DNA of 55,731 bases, counting the filler, from Trichosphaerium sp. ATCC 40318 (lineage: Eukaryota > Protista > Tubulinea), in assembly GCA_038496445.1 (NCBI GenBank). It is 3 parts of 3 records of this genome, joined end to end, with 100 filler letters (N's around TTAATTAATTAA, not from the genome) between each part and the next. Parts side by side here need not be neighbours in the genome. Positions count along the whole stretch, not along the records: positions 13,663 to 41,708 come from JALMLS010000600.1; 2 more parts are not named here. One strand, given 5' to 3'. Shown here one piece after another: positions 25,014 to 34,872 of this stretch. The notes beneath the pieces were generated by a model. That model was not told the origin of the DNA and made no database searches. It saw only the letters and a list, made by a program, of their open reading frames with translations. The translations under genes and the position numbers were made by a program. Every line of letters starts with the position of its first letter. Position 1 is the stretch's first letter.

Positions 25014-26069
25014 CAGGTCTAAAAATTAAAGTGGTATATACCAGTTTTTTTATGGTATATACCACTTTTTTCAACAAAATGGTATATGAACTGGTATATA
25101 CCATTTTGAAATACCACTTTTTTTAAAAATTAAGTGAATAAAAAAGTGGTATATAGAAGTGGTATATACCACTTTTCATTCACATAATGAGACCTTCTAA
25201 AAATGGTATATAAAGTGGTATATACCACTTTTTTATGGTATGTGGTATATACCACCTTTTTATTGGTATATACCACTTTTATGGTATGCTTCAAGAAGGT
25301 CATTAAGGAGCTTTTTGGTAATGGGTTTTCTTGTTGAACGATCATGGACGTCATACATTGAACGGTGCGTAGGGACCTTAGTATATCATAGAATCTAACC
25401 AAACAAAGCTCATTCGGACCGCAGGACCTGATTCCAGTACCAACATTGAGGAAACTATATTGCAGGTATTATACAGACGTTCGTGGGTACCAGACAAAGT
25501 TTTATTTTATTTTCGTTTGATATACATTAACCGACCTCCGTAGGCCTTAGTAATTGATAGATTCAGGTGGAACCACTTTCATTAGATGCGCAGCATGTTT
25601 TTACAGTAGGTACAGCAAGCTCATGGAGATGGACGAATTTTCCAGACGCCCATAGTAATGTAACTGTAGTGGACATTGTCCAAAACTTGTAACTCACAAA
25701 CTGTGTATTAAATAAAGTGTATTTTCTGGAATTGCAGGTGTACTATAAGTAAGCATAAAGTGGTATATAAGAGTGGTATATACCATGAAAAACTGGTATA
25801 AAAAAGTGGTATATAACTGGTATATACCTAAAAAAAGTGGTATAAAAAGTGGTATATTTTTTTTTTTCTGGTGAAAAAAAGTGGTATATTTTCTGTTTTT
25901 ATACCTGTTTTTTTTGGTATATTGGTATATTTGGTCAATATACCACTTTTTTTGGTATATTTCAGTCAAAATATACCACTTTTTTTGGTATATACCATAA
26001 AAAACTGGTATAAAAAAGTGGTATAAAAGTGGTATATACCAAAAAAACTGGTATATTTTTTTAGACCTG
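25014..26069. mobile_element. 1.06-kb non-autonomous DNA transposon, CAGGTCTAAAAA TIRs, AT target duplication (copy 1)
   Basis: AT|CAGGTCTAAAAA...TTTTTAGACCTG|AT; subterminal arrays of GTGGTATATACCAC; near-identical inverted copy at 45775-46829. Confidence 0.92.
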
Positions 26070-26793
26070 ATTTATTAATCTCTTTTACAGCCAAATATGA
26101 CTTGATCAATATGTATGTGTCCAAAGAAAATGAAATTATTTGTGTTGTGCAAATGGATGATGATCATGATGAAGAAAAGTGGACTTTACAACAAGCTTTA
26201 AAAAGAAATGTTGTGGTAGATAGTTTCTTGAAAACTATTTTACTAAAAGAATAAAAAATTATTTTAGTTACCAATAAAAGATTATCTTATATCTCATAGT
26301 CATGAATAGATATAAAAATAAATAATATCTCATTATGTTGCCATGTATGTATAAATATGAATTTAAATTACAGTTTAGCTACACATGATATACTAAAAGC
26401 TTTGTGTATATGAAAAGTGTGCATACATATTTTTTACCAAAAAAAAAAGCCAATTACAAACTCAAAATCGCTTACATCTATATAACTCATCACTATGAAT
26501 ACATAAAAATCAATTATTGCTTGTACCATGTTTATATGACCTAATAACATATATGTACATACATAAAGTAATTAAAAATGCATTTGTAAATGCAGCCTCC
26601 AAACGCAACTGCATGGTAAAAATATTTCAAAATTTGCAAAAAAAAAAAGTTCGCATGTCGCTCATGGGCCATGTAGTGCACGAATATCATTTTCGATGCT
26701 GCACATCATAATAATACATGCCTGTGCCTAGCGGCACAGCCATGAAAGTAGCAAAATCTAATAAAATCAAAAAAGTAGAGGTTTAGGTAACCT

Positions 26794-26910
26794 TAACCCT
26801 AACCCTTATTGTACAAAATCCACCAAATAATGTACTAATTTAGTTAGGGTTAGGGTTAGGGCTAGGGTTGAGGTTTATGAAAGTACAAATTAAGTTAGGG
26901 TTAGGGTTTA
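26794..26910. repeat. Interstitial telomere-like repeats (CCCTAA then TTAGGG)
   Basis: TAACCCTAACCCT at ~26794, TTAGGGTTAGGGTTAGGGCTAGGG at ~26845 and TTAGGGTTAGGG at ~26895. Confidence 0.75.
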
Positions 26911-27242
26911 GTTTTATATTTGCAAAAAACCATCGACACCTTAGGTACATAGGTTTTTCTAGCGAACAATATCCACATGCTATTATTAAAGGTGAAAAAA
27001 CCAATGGTACAGGTTAAAGTGCGTTAATCCAAAAAGTAACAGAGAACGCGTTTTAGGTGGTTTGGAAAATCACTTAAACATAAATATCTCTTACTTATCT
27101 GTTTTAGGATGATTAAAGCATTGCAACAGCCTTATTACACTATTAAAGAATGTATTTAAAGCATTAACTCCAAGTACGTTGTTTTTAAAGCTTATTTCCA
27201 CTTAATTTATCAAAAAACCCTATGCGTTCTTAATTTAGCATT

Positions 27243-27380
27243 CAGGTCTGAAAATTATCATGGTATAATACCATATTTTGCAGTATAATTGTGGTTTATG
27301 GTACTACCTTGGTATAATCACAAATTATACCATAAAATTATACTGCAAAATATGGTATAGTACCGTGATTTTTAGACATA
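27243..27380. mobile_element. ~140-bp foldback MITE related to the CAGGTCT family
   Basis: CAGGTCTGAAAAT ... ATTTTTAGACATA; internal TACCATATTTTGCAGTATAATT / AATTATACTGCAAAATATGGTA inverted repeat. Confidence 0.65.
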
Positions 27381-27533
27381 TGGTATAAGACTCAATATAC
27401 CATGTTTTATACTGTATCTATATTCATGGATTTTTATGATGTCAAATATTTTACAATGACTGTGTCGTGTTTGGTCTTTACTGTAGTATGTAAATAAAAA
27501 AAAACCAATTATATGAAGTAGCGTGAATTGCAT

Positions 27534-29371
27534 TTATTGAAACACAAAAAAATTACAACGTATGTGGTGTTCATAGCTTAATGCCACTAGTATGAACCTA
27601 TCCATTGCTTCATTCCATTCAGTAAAGTTAGAGACAGCAAATAAAGGTTCAAAAGTTGTCAGTGCTGCCATAGTATGGATGCGCGGCTGACAGTAAAGGA
27701 CATTTGGATAGTACCAATTGGGTATTAACATATCTATTTTGTATTTGAGCCATTTGTAAACAAAAGGCCACAACTGATGAGTGGCTTGGTGAAGCTCACA
27801 AACAGCACAAAGCTGCTGACAACCAAATTCATCCATATTGAGATCTAAACAATGAAATTAAAGACAAATGGTTAATGTAGTTATCTTGGTACCTTCTTTA
27901 GTGTTATCCACATAGTCAAAAAGCTGCTCATCGGATATTTCAAATAAAATATCTTTTGTTTTCTTGTCGTAAAACTCAAGGTGATCTTCATCTTGAAAGT
28001 CAATGGCCATCACTGGAAAGAGTTTGTAACCAACAATAGCTGCTACAGAAACTAACAACAATTTTTTGTTGGCCAAAGCATAGGTTGTTTTAGAAGTATA
28101 AAGTGTATCTTGAAAATAAAAAGAATTTTCAATCTCGTAAGTGGCAGCATTGGTAGTAAATCTGACAGTGACAACTTCTTCTTTATCTTCAGTGACTATT
28201 TTTCTTGTTCCTTTCAAGAACTGACCTTCTACACTGAAGTGAAAGACATCTCTATATTAAGCAAGTAATTGTTAAACTATAAAACCATAAACAAAAATTT
28301 CGTACTTGTATAACTTTATGCCAACTCTTATGTTCAATAATACTTTGATGCATCGTCCATAGTCAAAGGTAGCTCGTATTTCTTTGGTTTTTTCCTCATT
28401 ATTTTTTATCCAAACTCCATGTTTGACCCAACGGCCATGGTGTTTAATAAACAATGGAGCCAAAAAATACAAACACACCAATGAAAAACAATGATCAAAT
28501 TCAATGTCACAAAAACCACGAATCTTCTCAAAGATCTCACCAGGAATCATCAACAATTTTGGTTGATAAGGCTCAGCTACAATTGTAGTCAATAGTTTCT
28601 TTTGGGCATCATCCCTATACAAGTGTTAGTAACACAAAAGGTGACAGTTTGTATTTATATTTATAAATAACGTACATTGAACTACCATGTTTTGACATAG
28701 CCGCCTTTTCTATCACCTTGCCAATAGTATACCACAAACCTATTGATTCATTAAACTATTAACTGATAAACATACACGCACTGAGAGGTGGAGGATATAA
28801 TGGTGTCCGTGACAAAAGATCAAAAAGACACCAAGATTCAGTGAGATTGACTTTAAGAATTACTATTTTCACAATTTTACTTCTTGTCATCTACATTTAT
28901 AAGCTGATAGGTTGGTTTGCAAACAAAAAAGAGCGTACTGTTTCAGGTAAAGTAAGTTCAGCATCCATGATAACAGCATCAACAACACGTGAGTGTTTGT
29001 CATTGCTGAATTGATAAAAGTCAGAATATATTGTTCTTGAACCATGAATTTCTCTTCCAGCAACAGTACACACAGCATCACGAGATTTGTGAAACTGCAG
29101 TAGTGTATCCACAGGTTCATCAATAGGTAGAGCATCTTCATAAGTACTAGAAGATGTTAGCAGAGAAAACGAACCCAAAATTGCTAAAGTACTTGTGCTG
29201 AAATTGTCCCGTAGATATGACATGAATGTAAATGGAGCCAGGATTGATGCTTGTCACAGTTTGCAAGTGCTTACCAAAGTAATTACACAAAACAGTACTG
29301 TGTTGTGTCAAATCAGAGCGTGTGAAAGGTTCAACTGCTGAGAGCACTATTGCTTTCATTTTTCTATCCAT
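27534..29371 (-). CDS. Multi-exon protein with internal F-box-like motif; one apparent frameshift near 29220
   Basis: LLMIPGEIFEKIRGFC..FSLVCLYF resembles an F-box; collinear minus-strand ORFs joined by short introns. Confidence 0.5.
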
Positions 29372-31418
29372 CTTTGGGCGTCGTGCAAGCCAATAATCTA
29401 AAATACAGAGTTAAATGTTCTGAATGGCTTAAAACACTATAAACCTGAGCACGTACTTGTTATTTGGGCGTTTACAAGTAAAATACCTAAAATAAAAAGT
29501 TAAATGGTCTAAACGGTGTAAAGTGCTATAAAACTGAGCATATACCTAAGATTAAGGTTATTTGGGCGTTTTTCAGCAAAAGCCTTAAAATAACAATTTA
29601 AAAGACCTAAAAGGCCATAAAACAAGAACACATACCTAAAGTGGGCGTCTGTGATGGTGAATAGTGAAAACTCACAGTCAAAAGAGTTAAAAACAGACCA
29701 ACAAGTTTTTATAATTGATATTTATTATTTGACAGGATGGTTTTCTATTAACCACATGTACCTTCTACCATGAAAAGTAAATCTGTGAGTGCAAGTGAGT
29801 ATACAGCACTGCCAGCGCAAGGTTCCAACCTAAAACAAGTGATGTTAGGACAATGTCAGTAACAATGAGTAAAAAAAATAAAGTAAGTCACCAGAGAAAA
29901 CAAAGCAGAATTTCTACGAGTAAAAGGCAGCAATCACTTGACATAGTCTGTTGTTAGAGCATCAGTTGTAGGAGCCTCGGTGCTGTAGTTGTAGGAGCCT
30001 CTGTAGTTGGCGCTTCTGTCATTGGAGTTTTTGTAGTTGATGCTTCTGTCATTGGAGCTTTGGTTGTAGGTGCATCTGTGGTGCTTCAGTTGTTGCGGCT
30101 TCAGTGGTCGGTGCATCTGTAGTTGGAGTCTCTGTTGTAGGTGCAATCGGTAGTTGGAGCTTTGTAGTTGGTGCTTCAGTCGTTGGAGGTTCCATCTTGT
30201 AGTAACCTCTGTAGTTGGTGCATCTACAAAGAAAGTTAGTTGCTTTAGAAGTAAAATACAAAGTACCAGTTGTTGGCACTACAGTTGTAGGTGCTTCAGT
30301 TGTTGGAGCATCCATCGTTGGTGCATCAGTTGTAGGCGTATCTGTAGTAGGTGCTACAATGGTAGGAGCCTCAGTTGTTGGCGCATCCGTGGTAGGAGCT
30401 TCAGTCGTTGGGCTTGAGTGGTCGGTGCATCTATAGTAGGCGCTACAGTGGTAGGAGCTTCAGTCGTTGAGCTTGAGTGGTCGGTGCATCTGTAGGCACT
30501 ACAGTGGTGTAGGAGCTTCAGTCGTTGAGCTTGAGTGGTCGGTGCATCTGTAGTAGGCGCTACAGTGGTAGGAGCTTCAGTCGTTGAGCTTGAGTGGTCG
30601 GTGCATCTGTAGTAGGCGCTACAGTGGTGTAGGAGCTTCAGTCGTGAGCTTGAGTGGTAGGTGCATCTGTAGGCGCTACAGTGGTAGGAGCCTTTGTAGA
30701 AGGTGCCGTAGTCGTCAGAGCTTCTGTGGTGCTGTAGATGCTGGAGCTTCAGTGGTAGGAGCCTTTGTTGTAGGCGCATTTGTAGTTGCTGCCTCAGTCG
30801 TAGATGCCTCTGTAGTTGGCGCTTTTGTGGTAGGAGCTTCAGTCGTTGGGGGTATCGGTAGTTGGAGCTTTGTAGTTGGTGCTTCAGTCGTTGGAGGTTC
30901 CATATTGTAGTAACCTTTGTAGTTGGTGCATCTACAAAGAAAGTTAGTTGCTTTAGCAAGTAAAATACAAAGTACCAGTTGTTGGCACTACAGTTGTAGG
31001 CTTCAGTTGTTGGAGCATCCATCGTTGGTGCATCAGTCGTAGGCGCATCTGTGGTAAGAGCTTCAGTCGCAGGCGCCCTGTAGTTGGTGCCTCAGTCGCG
31101 GGAACTCCATAGTAGGCGCAGTAGTAGGTGTTACAGTGGTAGGTGCCTCAGTAGTGGGAGCTTCAGTAGTAGGTCCTCAGTCGTTGGCGCTTCTGTGGTT
31201 GAAGCATACGTTGTGGAGCGTCTGTGGTTGGTGCTTCGGTGCATTTGTGGTTGGAGCCTCTGTAGTTGGTGTCTCAGTTGTTGGTGCTTTGGTGGTTGGT
31301 GCATCTGTAGTTGGTGCCTTTGTAGTTGGCGCTTTTGTGGTTGGAGCCATGACGTTCTACCTCACTTGAGTGAAAAAAGAATTTGAAAAAAAAAAGTTTT
31401 AATTTTAAATTCTCGTAC

Positions 31419-31517
31419 CACAGGGTGCGTTGTAATTGTCAAGCCAGCGACTATCCTGGTCATCAATCTCATACTCAATGCCGTTGCTAGTGAAATCAAC
31501 CTCACCAGGTGCTTTGT
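31419..31517 (-). pseudogene. Isolated exon resembling the Enhancer-of-polycomb-like (EPL1) domain
   Basis: IEYEIDDQDSRWLDNYN fits the EPC/BRPF/JADE EYDxDxxDxxWL motif; exon bounded by AG and GT. Confidence 0.55.
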
Positions 31518-31719
31518 CTAGGTAAAAAGTGTCAACACCCACTGAAAAAAAAAATTATTCTCTTACCTCATCTGTTGTAGGCAGTTGGCGCATCTATTGT
31601 AGGCGTATTTGTTGTTGGAGCGTCAGTTGTTGATGCATCGGTGGTAGGTGCATCTATTGTAGGTGCATCTGTAGTTGGAAGGTCAGTCGTTGGTGCATCT
31701 GTAGTAGGTAGTTGGTGAT

Positions 31720-33480
31720 CAATGTTCTTTTACCTTGGTCCCTTTGTCTTTTGGTGCATCTGTGTTGGTTACCCATCCATAGACGTTGATATGACAAGGT
31801 GGTTTTCTTTTCATTCAGCACCCTATTGTGTAAGTTATTACTTTTTGGAGATTTATAAATTGTACGTAGCTTGAGTCCGCTCAGGTAGAAGCTTCCTGCT
31901 GGACAACTCTTTAGTAAATCGTCATTCAACTCTTCACCAGCAATACACAAGTTTAGAGTTAAGTTTTATAGAGACCATCCTTTGGCACATGCGGCAGCCT
32001 ATGTGAAGAATTTAATTAAAGAACACATATTATTTTTTGAATGGTTACCTGACGTGTTGCTTTGATGAACGGTTTAGGATTAAGAAGCTTATTCTCAGCT
32101 GTTCTTTTGGTGTTTCATCAAGTGATTGTCCAATTGCGGTGAGTTGACATGTTCTCTTTGTGAAATCTCTTACCCATCCGAATACATGTGTTGATGGTGA
32201 AATCTACACCGAGATTATTAGTATTTTCTGTGTTAGCTTCGCTTTTTGTTTACCTCATATTTGAGCCATGCCTTTGAAACATCACCTCTTCCAATACAAT
32301 CCATAAGATCTCTGATATCGTTTGTATGCTTCAGTTTGCCTTGACAAGCCTAAAAAAAAGCAAAAGAGTCAAGAAAGTGCAATCGAAATGGTTCCTTTAG
32401 TATTACCTGAGTAAGTTCGTCAAGGTCCTTATGGAGTTTCTTGAGTTGTGAAGCGCCTTGATTTACTTCTCTATTAAAGTAACGCCACAGTGGAGATGAT
32501 TTATCAGCTCTTTTTTCAGTTGGAGATTTGATATCCTACAAAAACATATCAGTCCATGTTTTTCTTTGAAAGAACGCCAAACTGCGAGACTGTGGACTGG
32601 TTTTTTCTTACCTTAGAAAGCAGTTTTATCCAGTCTGTGGTTATGGTTTCAAGCTGTTTTAGCTTTTCTTTATTTCCACCACCCTCCTTGTGTGTGAGTT
32701 AAATTACAACCTCGAAACAATAACATACTTGTTCAGAAACGCGTCATCAGTGGCTTGAAGAAGTTGCATCTGTTGTAGATTAAACACAACACGTTTTGTC
32801 TTGATTATAATAACTTCAGCGTTTGGTGACAAACTGAGCCATGTTGGATGCGTCCACTCTGGTAATGTAGAAACCTAGTAAAAACATTAGCATCGAGAAG
32901 TCTAAGAAAACCAACTAACCCATCTCACAAAGTCTTCTCTTCTTGTACTCTTTGGCAGCTTGACTTGTAATTCTAGAGAGGTTTTAAGTGTTATTTCACA
33001 AGGATATAGGCTTACCATCTTGGCTAGTACTTAAAACAAGAGAAAAGTCGTCTTTGTAGGCGTTTGGTTGGAAGAGATGTGAAAGGAACGAGTCCAGGAG
33101 TCTTTGATCAAACGCGTTGTCAACTCAACCACCATAAATAGTATGACCTAGCAAGCGACGCATAGCAGACCATAGAATAGTATCAGGAGATACAGTATCT
33201 CTTCCTTCGCTCACAGAACCAATCCAATAATCTAATGTTTAATAAGCACGTGGTTGATAAAGTGCAAGAAAACGTTTAATAAGATAGGTTCGTACCAACA
33301 CATTTTTGAGCGACTTTCTTATCTGTTTCATTACACTTGAACATCTTAAACCATCCGTATGGTATATACCTACGTCTTTGTTGTATAACAGCGTGGAACC
33401 TATCCATTAAGTTAACAACCAAAACAGAACCAAAGCTCTTAGTAAAACTAATAACTTACCATGCGAGAAGGAAGTACAGT
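31720..33480 (-). pseudogene. DYNC1H1: Intron-containing C-terminal fragment of cytoplasmic dynein heavy chain
   Basis: LYFLLAW/FHAVIQQRRRYIPYGW, IYGG*VDNAFDQRLL, LPEWTHPTWLSLSPNAE, PLWRYFNREV, ACQGKLKHTN, WVRDF, FIKATRQ, GWSL*; premature stops and a frameshift. Confidence 0.9.
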
Positions 33481-33578
33481 TGGCGCATCTGTTGTAGGCG
33501 CATCTGTTGTTGGAGCGTCAGATGTTGGTGCAGGTGTAGTAGGCACATCTGTTGTTGGAGCGTCAGTCGTTGGCGCAT

Positions 33579-33723
33579 AAAACTAGCGCAGATCCCTTTA
33601 ATGAGTCAAATAGGACTTCTAATACATTTGTGGTAAACATTGTTTACTCACAAGTGCTTTAAGTCCCCACGTGAACAAAGTGCCAAGTAATGCTTGTAGT
33701 ACTGGATGTATGCCTTCAATCAT
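33579..33723 (-). pseudogene. SLC39A11: 5' fragment of a ZIP11-type zinc transporter (exon 1, intron, start of exon 2)
   Basis: MIEGIHPVLQALLGTLFTWGLKAL / GSALV matches the ZIP11 N-terminus (QALLGTxFTWG..GAALVF), then runs straight into the minisatellite. Confidence 0.8.
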
Positions 33724-34872
33724 ATTCCAAGCTATTGTAGCGTTCTTGCAATTCAATATCGGTCGTTTAAGTTGTTTTGACGTTTTGTGAAGTATATTTA
33801 CTTCTAGCCTCGTGGTTCGCGTTGATAACTATGGGTAATCGTATTAGAAAGTCGTCGCTGTAGGGAAATTCTCATACGCAAAAATTGGCTCAATTCGTTA
33901 AAATATCACCGCCTGACGGTACGGTAACTGTAGTTGGCGCCTGTTGTGGAGCGTCAGTTATTGGCGCAGGTGTAGTAAGCGTATCTGTTGTTGAAGCGTC
34001 TGTCATTGGCGCAGGTGAAGTAGGCGCATTTGTTGTTGGAGAATCAGTCGTTGGTGCAGGTGAATTGTAAATACCTTCACTTTTTGTTGTATATTTTTCC
34101 TTGCTCCCAGAATATATGCGTCTGCTCGGAATAGCGTGTTTTTTAAAGTCTCACATAATTTTTAGCACCAGTCGGAAAAAACACTGTAATTACGAACCTG
34201 AGTTTGAAATTGCGCTTGTTTAATGCTCTCCGGCAAGTGTAACACAACTAATAATTTTCATCACTCGTACAAACCTAAACGAGCGTTTAGTGATGTTTAC
34301 ACATTGTAGAATTCTTTTAGTGGAATAGCGTACCTTTACCTGTAAGAATGCCGTAAGTATAAGGTTAAGAGAGAAAGTTATACCTTAAATCAAATACGTC
34401 TAAACAGGTCTGAAGTACGTAACTAGGTATTTAACAGTATTGTATCTAAATTTTCATTAGCGTTTCTCTTAAATAATACAGCACAAAGCAAAAGAAAAGG
34501 TACGTGTAAGGTTACGTAGCGTATGTGTAGTGAGTATTTTTGTGTGATGCAAAAACCCTCCAATTGGAGGTTTTTTGTCATTTTTTCACCAGAGCATATT
34601 GTCGCAATGCGCTTTTTGCGCGTAGTAAGCGCCATTGCGAGGGTTTACAGAAAAAAGATTCAAAAATTATTTTTGTTTTTTTGAATTGCTCTGATAAGTA
34701 CCCAAACAACCATTTCTCATTAAAAAACTTCATATAAGCCATTCGTGTTTTGGCGGCTAACTGTTTTTGAGATTATTTTTTTTTTTTTGGTTTTTTCTTC
34801 CGTTGCCGCTCATTTTTGAATTTTCTTTATTTAGTACTTAACTATACCGTTGTAGGTTTCGACGCTTAGCTC

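Larger units (their letters stand above)
29950..34066 (-). repeat. 15-bp minisatellite encoding mucin-like PTT(D/E)A repeats, in four blocks
   Basis: Blocks at ~29950-31348, 31570-31715, 33478-33578 and 33929-34066; many frame-breaking indels; duplicated 43-44-nt intron at 30224-30266 and 30932-30975. Confidence 0.9.

Noticed and set aside
25130-25969. YTT/WYI-rich ORFs here and at 45716-46909
   Set aside because: By-products of GTGGTATATACCAC subterminal repeats.
24250-26255. Gene relic around the CAGG element (possible chromo-shadow-like last exon)
   Set aside because: Multiple stops and no motif strong enough to name.
26941-27232. Kolobok-like MITE (TTA-GGTACATAGG / CCCTATGCGTTC-TTAA)
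   Set aside because: Inverted match too degenerate to support from one copy.
30154-31386. VVGAS-repeat ORFs on +
   Set aside because: Antisense of the PTTEA minisatellite; intron orientation shows the minus strand is sense.
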